NCBI GenBank assembly: GCA_965221775.1
Contig: CBDCSU010000006.1
Span: forward strand, 2,496,001 to 2,560,000
Length of the DNA stretch: 64,000 nt
Direction of reading: 5' to 3'
Source of the DNA: Candidatus Latescibacterota bacterium
Lineage (GTDB): Bacteria; Latescibacterota; UBA2968; UBA8231
A model generated the notes under the pieces. The model was not told the origin of the DNA. It saw nothing but the letters and a program-made list of their open reading frames with translations, and ran no database searches. Below, one piece after another: positions 45,922-55,254 of the stretch; within the stretch, counting starts at the first letter, position 1, and each line of letters opens with the position of its first letter. The translations under genes and the position numbers were made by a program.

Positions 45922-46400
45922 TCACAGATCCCGCACGATGCCGATCAGGTCCGCGGGATCTCTGCATCGGCGACAGGACAAGCCTCCGGCTCCACCTCCG
46001 ACATCCGCCAACCGGGCCACCGCTCGAGAAACCAGGTGGCCCATATCGGTTCCACTCCGAACCGCCGGGCCCCTGCCAGCTCCGAGCTGCCGCCGTCGCC
46101 GACGAAGACTGCCTCCGAGGCGGCGCACCCCACCTGCCGCAGCGCCTCCGCATAGATCGCGGGTTCGCGCCTCATGGCTCGGACTTCGAAGGAGAAGACG
46201 GGGTCTTCGATCAAGTTCGCCAGCTCGCACGAATTCCAGGCGCGGACCTCCTCGTGCGTGGTGTTGCTGACGACAGTGACCGAGTATCCCGATTCGCGCA
46301 GACCCAGGCGGGCAACCCCGCCCGCTGCGCGGGCGGTCGGGATTACGGGCGGTTACCACGGTTTCGTGGAGATCGAAGAGAATGGCTGCGTGGGTGCGAG
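45922..46400 (-). pseudogene. HAD-family hydrolase remnant
   Basis: Motif I AILFDLHET is in one frame; VVSN and EPAIY...VFVGDGGSSELAGA are in another; cap domain missing. Confidence 0.7.
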
Positions 46401-46449
46401 GGCAGCCGAAGGCCGGCGCGTCGCTACACAACCGGTTGCCTACCAACAC

Positions 46450-46646
46450 CTACGCTCGAAGAAAGTCCTCTGCCGTCACGTCCGCTTGCTTCAGAATGGC
46501 AGACGGTGCCCTCCGGCAAGTCTCCAGAGTGATTGGGAATGGTGGTTCGATGTCGAGTAACAGGGTTCCACCAAATCTCGTGGCTGCCGCGAGCATGCCG
46601 GTCAAATGCAAATCCCAACCGTCTCAGTTTCGGAGAGCCGACCCAT
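46450..46646 (-). pseudogene. hicA: HicA toxin with two frameshifts
   Basis: MGRLS / KLRRLGFAFDRHARGSHEIWWNP..TIPNH.GDLPEGTV / AILKQADVTAEDFLRA* form three segments separated by frame changes. Confidence 0.85.
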
Positions 46647-46891
46647 CAGACACCTACGGGAATATCCAACTCAACGACATCCATATTCATCGTGTGCAAG
46701 CCATCCGGCAGAGGGTCGCCATGTTCCCTACAGGATTCAATCAGTTTCCTTGCCACATCTTGAGCGATTTCAACCGTTTCAGCCATTGTTCGCCCTTGGG
46801 CCACCAAGCCGGCGAATTCCTCGGAGGTGGCCAGGTACTGACCGTTTTCTACTCGTCTGATTTGAAGATGAAGCCGATACTCCTCCGACAT
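46646..46891 (-). CDS. hicB: HicB family antitoxin
   Basis: YLATSEEFAGLVAQGRTMAETVEIAQDV..LIE...EHGDPLP; stop overlaps the hicA ATG. Confidence 0.88.
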   Translation of the reverse strand: MSEEYRLHLQIRRVENGQYLATSEEFAGLVAQGRTMAETVEIAQDVARKLIESCREHGDPLPDGLHTMNMDVVELDIPVGV

Positions 46892-47273
46892 TTCCTACTC
46901 CTTTTTTTTCGCCATGGTCACTTGGCCGGACGAAGGTATGAGCCGGTATGAACAGCCGCAAGCGGTAGTCGAGGAGGCGTCTGACATGCGAGACCATGTG
47001 GGTAGTGTGAGTGTCAGAATGGTGAGGTCCGGGGGCGGGGCAGGTCGGCGCCTGATCCATTTGGGGACAGCGGTGGTCTCCAATGTGCGGAGGAGGCAAT
47101 CGGAGTGTGTAGAAGAGACCCAACAAGGGCTATCTCCCTGGCCGGCAGTGGGTTGAGCCGGAAGATCGACATCGCCCCTGTTCCCTGCCTACCCAGTTGG
47201 GCGATTCCCCGGGGATTTGACTGATACCACACAAGCTCTTGCCTCTCTATCGGTTATGGCGATTCACGCATCC

Positions 47274-47289
47274 CGGCACGGGTCTTGCA
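47274..47289 (+). promoter_or_regulatory. Sigma-54 (-24/-12) promoter
   Basis: CGGCACGGGTCTTGCA matches TGGCACG-N4-TTGCW with exact GG-N10-GC spacing; ends 42 nt before ATG 47332; the operon ends in an NtrC-type activator. Confidence 0.8.
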
Positions 47290-47331
47290 CCGGGACACAC
47301 AATTCACCCGCAGTGGAGTGAGACACAGCCA

Positions 47332-48039
47332 ATGCTGCAGACGATCGACCTGACGAAGCGCTACGAGGACGGGGTGCTGGCCCTCGACCACCTCAACCTG
47401 ACCGTGAGCGGGGGGGAGCTGTTCGCCCTGCTCGGTGCGAACGGGGCGGGCAAGACGACGACGATCAACCTGGTCCTGGGGTTCATCGATCCCACGGAGG
47501 GGACGGCGGTGATCGACGGCGTCGACGTGGTCGAGAATCCGCTGGACTCCAAGGAGCGCGTCGCCTTCCTGCCCGAGAACGTGACCCTCTACGGCAACCT
47601 CACCGGGCTGCAGAACCTCCACTTCTTCGCCCGGCTCGCGGGCAAGCGATGCACGCGGGAGGAATACGCCATGGCCCTGCGCCGCGTCGGTCTGCCGGAA
47701 CGGGCCTTCGGGAGTCGCGTGCGCACCTACTCCAAGGGGATGCGCCAGCGCCTCGGCATCGCCGCGGTCTTGGTGAAGGACGCCCCCGTGGTGGTCATGG
47801 ACGAGCCGACCTCCGGTCTCGACCCGGCCGGCGCCGCCGACTTCTGCGACCTGCTGATGGAGATGCGCGACGCCGGCAAGGCGGTCTTCATCTCCACCCA
47901 CGACATCTTCCGGGCCCGGGAGATCGCCGACCGGGTGGGGATCATGAAGGAGGGTCACCTGGTGATGGTGCGCGACCGGGAGGAGCTGAAGTCGGAGGAT
48001 CTGGAGCGCATCTACCTCGACTACATGCGCGCGGCGTGA
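47332..48039 (+). CDS. ABC transporter ATP-binding protein (CcmA/NosF-like)
   Basis: GANGAGKTT, YSKGMRQR, MDEPTSGLD, STHD. Confidence 0.92.
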   Translation: MLQTIDLTKRYEDGVLALDHLNLTVSGGELFALLGANGAGKTTTINLVLGFIDPTEGTAVIDGVDVVENPLDSKERVAFLPENVTLYGNLTGLQNLHFFARLAGKRCTREEYAMALRRVGLPERAFGSRVRTYSKGMRQRLGIAAVLVKDAPVVVMDEPTSGLDPAGAADFCDLLMEMRDAGKAVFISTHDIFRAREIADRVGIMKEGHLVMVRDREELKSEDLERIYLDYMRAA

Positions 48040-48090
48040 GGGGCTGAATCCCGTGATCCGCGCTGACCCTGCCGGGGAAGCAGTCGCCCC

Positions 48091-49677
48091 ATGATCGCCG
48101 CCATCGCCTACAAGGAGTTCCTGGCCAGCCTGCTGACCTACCGCTTCGCCATGGCCTTCGGGGCGTGCGCGGTGCTGATGGGGCTGAGCGCGTACGCCCT
48201 CGTCGACGAGTACGCCCTGCGGGTCGAGGCCCACGAAGTGCAGGTGGTCCAGGAGCGGGCGGAGCTGGACAACATCAAGGTCTACGCCCAGCTCCTCGAT
48301 TACCCACCCTTCACCCATCGGCCGCCGTCGCCCCTGGCCATCTTCGGAGAGGGTCTCGAGGACCGTCTCGGCAACGTCCTGCACTTCTCCCACGGCTCGG
48401 TCCCCACCCTGCTGTCCGCGCCCCAGGACAGCAATCCCCTCATGCACGCCTTCCCCGTCTTTGACCTGGCCACCATCTCGGCGCTGCTGCTGAGCCTCGT
48501 GGCCCTGTTCTTCGCCTACGACTCGGTCTCGGGTGAACGCCAAGCCGGCACTCTCTCCCTGCTGTTCAGCAACCCCGTGCCGCGGGCGCACATGCTCCTC
48601 GGCAAGTGGCTCGGCGGCCTGGCCTGCACCGGCCTGCCGGTGGTGGCCGGCTTCGGCGTCGCCCTCCTCGTGGCCCTGAGCGAGCCGGCGGTGCACTTCA
48701 CCGGCGACGAGTGGCTGCGCATCGCCCTGATCCTGTTGGCCACCTTGCTGTACGCCTCCGTCTTCTACCTGCTGGGGCTCTGGCTGTCGGTGCGCGTCGA
48801 CCGGCCGGCCACCGGCCTGGTGGTGTCCATCTCCATCTGGGCCGTGGTCACGGTGGTGGTGCCCACCGGTTCGGCCTATCTCGTGGGGGAGCTGATGCCG
48901 ATGGAGGGGGAGAGGGAGGCGCGGGAGGTACGGGAGAACGTCGAGCACTTCGAGATCGGCTACGGGGTGAGAGAACTGCACGAGTTGCTCAACAAACAGC
49001 GCCTTCCCTATGGGAATGCCAGCTTCGGCGGAGGCCTCCTTCAGAGCAGGGTGATCGGCAGTGGCTTCTACCGCGAGCTCATTGGGAAGGTCCAGGCCTT
49101 CTATGGCGAGTACGAGCCGCAGCGCATCCGCGACGCCGAGAGGATCGGGCGCCTCGATGACCAGGTCCTGGCCGACCGCATCGCCCAGGTCCAGCTCGAC
49201 CGGACGGTCCGCCGCCTCCTGGTAGCTCCCGCCTTTCCCGGGGCCGTCGCCGCCTTGGCCGGCACCGACCTGTCGTCCTACCACGGCTTCATCGAGCACG
49301 CCCGCCGCTGCCGCCAGGACTTGGTCGCCTGGCTCCGCCAGAGCCGGATCTTCTCTTCCACCCGCTACTTCACCCCCGACGACGTGGAGCGGGCCGTCGG
49401 CAGGCAGGAGTTGAGAGCCTTCATGGAGGAGATGAGGTCGCGCACCGACCTGCCGCGAGCGGAGATGCGAGCCAGGCTCAGGGACATCATAGGGGCTACC
49501 GCCAGGCGGGACTGGGATCAGGCGGACCTGAGTGGGCTGCCCGCCTTCCCCCCCTACCGCTCGACCATGTCCGAGGTGGTGCCCCACGCCGCCGTCGATC
49601 TGGCCCTTCTGGCCTTGGCCAACGTCGTGCTGCTGCTGCTCGCCGTGCACGGATTCGTGCGCCGGGAGGTGGTGTGA
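48091..49677 (+). CDS. ABC-2/NosY-like permease with large extracytoplasmic loops (type A)
   Basis: IAYKEFL, RPPSPL..F.EG, YDSVSGERQAGTL, LLGKWLGG. Confidence 0.85.
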   Translation: MIAAIAYKEFLASLLTYRFAMAFGACAVLMGLSAYALVDEYALRVEAHEVQVVQERAELDNIKVYAQLLDYPPFTHRPPSPLAIFGEGLEDRLGNVLHFSHGSVPTLLSAPQDSNPLMHAFPVFDLATISALLLSLVALFFAYDSVSGERQAGTLSLLFSNPVPRAHMLLGKWLGGLACTGLPVVAGFGVALLVALSEPAVHFTGDEWLRIALILLATLLYASVFYLLGLWLSVRVDRPATGLVVSISIWAVVTVVVPTGSAYLVGELMPMEGEREAREVRENVEHFEIGYGVRELHELLNKQRLPYGNASFGGGLLQSRVIGSGFYRELIGKVQAFYGEYEPQRIRDAERIGRLDDQVLADRIAQVQLDRTVRRLLVAPAFPGAVAALAGTDLSSYHGFIEHARRCRQDLVAWLRQSRIFSSTRYFTPDDVERAVGRQELRAFMEEMRSRTDLPRAEMRARLRDIIGATARRDWDQADLSGLPAFPPYRSTMSEVVPHAAVDLALLALANVVLLLLAVHGFVRREVV

Positions 49678-50996
49678 TGCTGGGCGTCATCCTGTGGCGG
49701 GAGCTGCTCGACCACCTCCAGAGCCTGCGCTTCGCCGTCGGCTTCGTCCTCATCGTCGGCTGTTTCGCCGCGAGCGCCGTCTCCTGGAACGTCCGCCATA
49801 CCCGGGACGCAGCAACTCAGCAGAAGGTGGTCGAGGAGGGGGAGACGGGCGTGAGGTTCACGCAGCGCCACGACGGGTCCACCACACTCTTCAGCCCCGA
49901 GTTGCGCCGTCCCCTGAGCTCCCTGGGCTTCATCGCCGGAGGCCACGACCGCGGCATGCCCAACCACGCCATGGTACACCGCCAGGGAATCAGTCTCGAA
50001 CAAAAGGGGGACCGCAATCCCCTCCTGCTGCGCCGCGATATCGACTGGGCCTTCATCCTCGGCTTCCTCGGTACCTTGCTGGCCCTGCTTCTGACCCATG
50101 ACAGCATCGCGGGCGAGAAGGAAGGGGGCACGCTACGGCAGACCCTCGCCAATCCGGTTCCCCGCCACCTCCTCCTGCTCGGCAAGTACGCGGCCGCCCT
50201 GCTCAGTGTGTCGATCCCGGTCCTGGTGGGCGCCGCCCTCGCCCTGCTGCTCATGGGGCTGGCCGGCACCATCGAGCTGTCGGCCGGGGTCTGGGGCGCT
50301 GCCCTGGTCAGCCTCGCAGCCGGCGTCCTGTGCCTGTCCGCGGCCGTCTGGCTCGGCCTGTTCATCTCGTGCCGAACGGGCAACGCCGCCCTGGCCCTGA
50401 TGGCCGGCCTCGTCGTCTGGTCGGTGCTCGCAGTATTCATCCCCGGCAGCGGCAGCCTGGCAGGCAGGCACTTGGCCCCGGCACCCAGCAACAGCGATCT
50501 GGAGCGCGAACTGGACCGGATCTGGCGGGAGCACAGTGGCGAAGAGGCCGAAGCCATGGTAGCCCGCAACCGCGAGGACCACTGGCAGCGCAACCTTGGT
50601 CAGATGGATGTCGCCCAGGCGGTCACCCACATCTCGGCCGTTACCGCGTACCGCTACTTTGTCGAGTCGATCTCCTCCACCGGCGTCGCCCACTACCGCG
50701 ACTACCTCGCCCAAGTCGAGACCTACCGACGCCACTTCCAGGACTACTCCGCCGGACTGTCCCTCGACCCCCCTTCGTACGACATCCCCGAATCCCCCGC
50801 GGAAGTCGCCGCCATGGAGGCCGGATTAGCCGCCGCAAGGGCAGCCACGGAGAAGGCCCCCCGTTTCCGTTTCCTGTCTCCCACTCTGGCCGAGCGCTTC
50901 GCCGGCGCCGCGGACAGCGTCGTCGTTCTCCTCGCATACAACCTGTTGTTCTTCCTGGGCGCTTTCTACTCCTTCCGGCGGTATGACGTCCGTTGA
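49677..50996 (+). CDS. ABC-2/NosY-like permease (type B)
   Basis: WRELLDHL.SLRF, DSIAGEKEGGTL..LANP, ends FRRYDVR. Confidence 0.85.
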   Translation: MLGVILWRELLDHLQSLRFAVGFVLIVGCFAASAVSWNVRHTRDAATQQKVVEEGETGVRFTQRHDGSTTLFSPELRRPLSSLGFIAGGHDRGMPNHAMVHRQGISLEQKGDRNPLLLRRDIDWAFILGFLGTLLALLLTHDSIAGEKEGGTLRQTLANPVPRHLLLLGKYAAALLSVSIPVLVGAALALLLMGLAGTIELSAGVWGAALVSLAAGVLCLSAAVWLGLFISCRTGNAALALMAGLVVWSVLAVFIPGSGSLAGRHLAPAPSNSDLERELDRIWREHSGEEAEAMVARNREDHWQRNLGQMDVAQAVTHISAVTAYRYFVESISSTGVAHYRDYLAQVETYRRHFQDYSAGLSLDPPSYDIPESPAEVAAMEAGLAAARAATEKAPRFRFLSPTLAERFAGAADSVVVLLAYNLLFFLGAFYSFRRYDVR

Positions 50997-51042
50997 CCCG
51001 CGGGTCGTCGACGGCTGGCGACGCATGAGAGGCTGAACCCCC

Positions 51043-52599
51043 GTGATACGCGTCATCGCCGCCAAGGAGTTCCTCACAAGCGTCCTCACGTACCGCTTCG
51101 CTCTGGCGATCGCGGCCAGCGTCCTGTTCCTGTCGCTGAGCGCCTTCCTCCTGCGCGCCGACTACGCAAAGCGTCTGGACGACCACCAAGCCGAGTTGGC
51201 CGACATCGAGTCCGATATGGAGGAGGTGGGCTACTACGCTCAACTCGAGGTAGCTATGTCCCGGCCTCCGTCACCCCTGAGCGTGTTCAGCGAGGGCGTG
51301 GAGAGGCGCATGGGGACTGTCCTCCGGTTCTCCTACGCGAGCGTGCCAACCATGCTGACTTGGAAGAAGGAGACCAATCCCCTGCTGGCGGCGTTTCCGC
51401 CATTCGACCTGGCCACCATCGCCCAGCTTCTCTTCAGTCTCATGGCCCTGATCCTTGCCTTCGATGGCATCACCGGAGAGCGCGAGGGGAATACGCTCAA
51501 GTGCGTAGCCGCCAACCGCGTCGCCCGGTGGCAGATTCTGCTCGGCAAGTGGTTGGGTGGCTCCACCTGCGCTCTGCTTGCTGCGGCGTGTGGCTTCCTG
51601 CTGGCCACACTCATCCTCGTCAACTCCCCCCACGTGTCATTGACTGGAGCCGAGCAGCTCCGCGTGGCCCTCATCTTCGTCGCCATCGCCCTGTACGTGT
51701 CCGCCTTCTACCTCGTCGGCCTGGCCATTTCCGCTCACTGCCGCGGTTCTGGGACGTCTCTCGTGGCCTGCATGGCTGTGTGGGTCGGCTGCACGGTGGT
51801 GGGCCCCACCACCGTGTCGTACCTGGTCGGCGAGTTGTACGCTCTTCCCTCGGCGCGACAGCTCGATGCCCAACGGAACGAGCGTCTCAGAGTATTCAGG
51901 AGTGAGTGGAGCAAGCGGCTCAGCGCACTCGAGGAGGATTTCGAACGCCGGCGTCCCGAAGGTGAGCCCTATGGCTTTGGACTCATGACCTCGTACCAAT
52001 CTTCACCACTGGGTACGGTGATGGTGCTTCACGACCTCTACCTGGAGGCCGTGCCCCTCCTTACGGCCTTCTATGGGGAGTTCGAGCCACGCCGCATCCA
52101 GTGCGGTGAGGACATCGCCGAGATCGAGGATCGTCTGGTGCAGGCCCGGGTGGACCAGGCCCGGATGGCCCGCAGTCTGGGTCGTCTGTTCGTGGCTCCT
52201 GCCCTGGGCAGCGCCGTCTCCGCTCTGGCGGCCAGCGACTTGGCCTCCTTCCAGGGGTTTGTCAGCACTGCTCGGCGGCACCGTCGCGACCTGGCCGACT
52301 GGATGCGGGACCGCGGCATGTTCACCTCTGTGCTGTTCTTCAGTTCCATACCTGAGGAGCAGCTCTTGACGCGCGCGGCCACCAACCGGCGCCAGCAGCA
52401 AGCTGGCCATGGCCGTTCGCCCTTCTCCGAGGATCGCAGCACCGTCGACCGCTCGGATCTTCCACGCTACCCCGACTACCGCGCCGGGGAGGGCGGTTCC
52501 CTCCGAGGAGCAGCTGTCGACCTTGGAGTGCTTCTGGCCGCCAATCCCCTGGCCTTCTTCCTGGGACTCCTCGCCTTTGCGCGTCGAGAGCTAGGCTGA
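51043..52599 (+). CDS. ABC-2/NosY-like permease (type A')
   Basis: IAAKEFL..LTYRF, RPPSPLSVFSEG, FDGITGEREGNTL, LLGKWLGG. Confidence 0.85.
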   Translation: MIRVIAAKEFLTSVLTYRFALAIAASVLFLSLSAFLLRADYAKRLDDHQAELADIESDMEEVGYYAQLEVAMSRPPSPLSVFSEGVERRMGTVLRFSYASVPTMLTWKKETNPLLAAFPPFDLATIAQLLFSLMALILAFDGITGEREGNTLKCVAANRVARWQILLGKWLGGSTCALLAAACGFLLATLILVNSPHVSLTGAEQLRVALIFVAIALYVSAFYLVGLAISAHCRGSGTSLVACMAVWVGCTVVGPTTVSYLVGELYALPSARQLDAQRNERLRVFRSEWSKRLSALEEDFERRRPEGEPYGFGLMTSYQSSPLGTVMVLHDLYLEAVPLLTAFYGEFEPRRIQCGEDIAEIEDRLVQARVDQARMARSLGRLFVAPALGSAVSALAASDLASFQGFVSTARRHRRDLADWMRDRGMFTSVLFFSSIPEEQLLTRAATNRRQQQAGHGRSPFSEDRSTVDRSDLPRYPDYRAGEGGSLRGAAVDLGVLLAANPLAFFLGLLAFARRELG

Positions 52600-52601
52600 C
52601 A

Positions 52602-53915
52602 ATGCTTCGCGTGCTCATCTGGAAAGAGCTGCTCCAGTACCTGCGCAGCCTCCGTTTCTCCCTGAGCTTTGTCTCGATCGTCGGCCTCTTCATCGTGGGG
52701 GCGGTGGCGTGGAACGCCCGCATTGACCGTGAGTGGGAGGATTACCAGCACGCCGTGCGCGAGTCCGAGGATGTGCTGGGTGAGCGCGCACAGCAGAGCC
52801 TGCACCACCTGTACTTCGCGACCGTTGCCGTGTGGAATCCACCCAGTCCCCTCTCCTTTGCGAGCGCCGGATATGGCCGCGGAATGCCCAATGCCGCTCG
52901 CATCTGGCGGGCAAGCTGGATCGAGGGCTTTGAGCAGCGCGCTGACCGCAATCCCCTGCTCTTCCGTATGGATCTGGACTGGGTCTTCATCGTCGGTACT
53001 CTGGGCACTCTCGTCGTTCTTCTACTCACCTACGATGCGATTGCGGGGGAGAAGGAGCGGGGGTCCCTGCGCCAGATGCTGGCCAACCGGCTGCCCCGCG
53101 ACCAAGTAATCCTCGCCAAGTACATCGCCGCAATGGTCGTGGCCTCCGTGCCAGTCTTGGTGGGCTGTCTCATCTCCCTTCTCGTTGTCGGGGCGGGAGG
53201 GCACCTGGGTCTCACCGGCTCTGCGCTTCCGGCCCTCGGGGGCGTCGCTGTGGCGTCTTTCTTGTGCCTGTCCGCCTTTGTCTGGCTGGGCCTCTGGGCT
53301 TCAAGTCGCACCCACAACACTGCCCTGGCCCTTCTCGGCAGCCTGCTGGTGTGGTCCTTGCTTGTGGTCTTCCTTCCACACTCGGGCATTCTCGTCGGCG
53401 ATCGGCTCGTTGATGTGCCCCGCGCCAGCGAGGCCCGCCGCAGCTTCTGGCCGTGGCCCCAGAACAGGGGTGCCGAGGGCCTTCGGCAGCTGCGCCAGGC
53501 TCAGCACCGGTACTGGTCCTTGCTCGTGCGTCAGGTCGAGGCCGCCCGTCTGGCCAGCCTCGCCTCACCGGTCACGGCTCTGCGTGGATGCGCGGAAGTC
53601 CTGACGTGGACGGGTGTGCCGCGGCATCGCAGCTTTGTCGACCAGGCCCAGAGCTACCTGCTTCAGCTGGAGAGCTTTGTGCGGGAGCAGGACTCACTGG
53701 ATCCCGACAGCTCCCACGAGATGACGCCCCATTCCTGGCCCTCGGTATCTACCAAGCCAGTCTCTCCCGAGGCCGTCCCGCGGTACCGCTTCCGCGAGCC
53801 GGAACCTGCCCACAGGGTCGCCCGCGCGCTTCCCAGCATCCTCGTCCTTCTCCTCGCGAACGGCGTCTGCTTCCTCGGCGCCTACTTCTCCTTCCGGCGG
53901 TACGACGTCCGCTGA
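52602..53915 (+). CDS. ABC-2/NosY-like permease (type B')
   Basis: WKELL..LRSLRF, DAIAGEKERGSL, ends FRRYDVR. Confidence 0.85.
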   Translation: MLRVLIWKELLQYLRSLRFSLSFVSIVGLFIVGAVAWNARIDREWEDYQHAVRESEDVLGERAQQSLHHLYFATVAVWNPPSPLSFASAGYGRGMPNAARIWRASWIEGFEQRADRNPLLFRMDLDWVFIVGTLGTLVVLLLTYDAIAGEKERGSLRQMLANRLPRDQVILAKYIAAMVVASVPVLVGCLISLLVVGAGGHLGLTGSALPALGGVAVASFLCLSAFVWLGLWASSRTHNTALALLGSLLVWSLLVVFLPHSGILVGDRLVDVPRASEARRSFWPWPQNRGAEGLRQLRQAQHRYWSLLVRQVEAARLASLASPVTALRGCAEVLTWTGVPRHRSFVDQAQSYLLQLESFVREQDSLDPDSSHEMTPHSWPSVSTKPVSPEAVPRYRFREPEPAHRVARALPSILVLLLANGVCFLGAYFSFRRYDVR

Positions 53916-54024
53916 CGCCGTGGCCGTGGACCGCCGGACCGGTCCCGGATAGCTTCTGGCACGTGGTCATCCTCCGCATCTCCTGCAGCCAGCCCCGACC
54001 CGGCCGTCCGGCGGCAACGCCTTC

Positions 54025-55254
54025 GTGAGGCCCGTCATGTCGTGGTTTGGCCGAAGGTCGCCGTCGCGCGGCTCAACACCGGAGCACCGGCCAGGCCTCT
54101 CGACCGCCCTGGGCCTGGTGACGGACCTGGAGCCCCTTGCCGAGGGAGAGGTGGCCCGCGTTCGCAACGCTCTCGGCGCCCGGCGCGCGGCGCTGCTGCT
54201 GGCCGAGGAGGCGCGCGAGCCCTTCGCGCCGTTCTGTCACCGCGGCTGCGACGAGACCGCGCTGGTGGACCTGCGCTTCGGCCGCGACAGCCGACTGGTG
54301 AAGTGGCTGGTGGTGAACGAGGCCGCACTCGACCTGCTCAAGGCGCCGCAGGTTCGAGACTACCTCACAGATTCCGAGAACGCCCTCCTTCAGCGCCTGG
54401 GCATCGACGTGATCCATCCCGTCGTATCGATGAACCACCTCGTGGGTCTTCTCCTGTTGGGTGGGGTCCGTGTCTCTACGACCGAGCGCGAGGACCTTCT
54501 CCGCGACCTGCTGCCCCTCTTCGGCCTGGCGCTGCACAACGCCCTGCTCCTGCGCCAGGGACGCCAGCGCGTGCGCGGTCTCTACCGGGCCGAGCGGCTG
54601 GCCACGTTGGGCGAGCTGGCCGCCGGGGCGGCCCACGAGATCCGCAATCCTCTGACCAGCATCCGCAGCACGATCCAGTACCTGCGCCCGGACTTCGAGG
54701 AGGGCTCGGACAAGGCCGTCCTCGTCGACGACCTGCTCGCCGAGGTGGACCGCATCAACGGCACCATCGCCGGTCTCCTCTCCTTCGCGCGGCCGACGCC
54801 GCCGCATTTCGAGGAGGTCGACGTGCTGTCGCTGCTGCGCCAGGTGGGCCGTCTGCTCGACAGCGCCGCCCGGTCTCAAGGGGTCGAGTTCGTCCTGCCG
54901 GAGGCGGAGGGGAAGGCGCGCGGCGATCCCGACCAGTTGAAGCAGGTCTTCCTCAACCTGTGTATGAACGCGCTGCAGGCCATGCCCGAGGGCGGTCGCC
55001 TCTCCCTCGGGGTGGTCCGCTCCGATCACACCCTCCGCGTCAGCGTGGAGGACACGGGCACCGGCATTCCCGCCGACGACCTTGAACTTGTCTTCGATCC
55101 GTTCTTCACCACCCGCGAGGAGGGCACCGGACTCGGCCTGGCCGTGTGCTACGGGATCGTCTCCCGGCACGACGGCCGCATCGACATCGAGAGCCGCCCC
55201 GGCGCCGGCACCACCGTGCACGTCCGCCTGCCCTCCGACGGGAGGGCGCGATGA
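54025..55254 (+). CDS. Soluble sensor histidine kinase (GAF-HisKA-HATPase)
   Basis: AHEIRNPL, QVFLNL..NA..AM, DTGTGI, PFFTT, GTGLGL; no TM helix seen; alternative start 54037. Confidence 0.92.
   Translation: MRPVMSWFGRRSPSRGSTPEHRPGLSTALGLVTDLEPLAEGEVARVRNALGARRAALLLAEEAREPFAPFCHRGCDETALVDLRFGRDSRLVKWLVVNEAALDLLKAPQVRDYLTDSENALLQRLGIDVIHPVVSMNHLVGLLLLGGVRVSTTEREDLLRDLLPLFGLALHNALLLRQGRQRVRGLYRAERLATLGELAAGAAHEIRNPLTSIRSTIQYLRPDFEEGSDKAVLVDDLLAEVDRINGTIAGLLSFARPTPPHFEEVDVLSLLRQVGRLLDSAARSQGVEFVLPEAEGKARGDPDQLKQVFLNLCMNALQAMPEGGRLSLGVVRSDHTLRVSVEDTGTGIPADDLELVFDPFFTTREEGTGLGLAVCYGIVSRHDGRIDIESRPGAGTTVHVRLPSDGRAR

Noticed and set aside
46895-47126. Short ORFs upstream of hicB as a possible peptide cargo for the ABC system
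   Set aside because: No leader or family motif, poor codon bias and opposite strand; probably remnant or promoter DNA
53957-53972. TGGCACG resembling a second sigma-54 promoter before the kinase
   Set aside because: The -12 GC is absent at the required spacing
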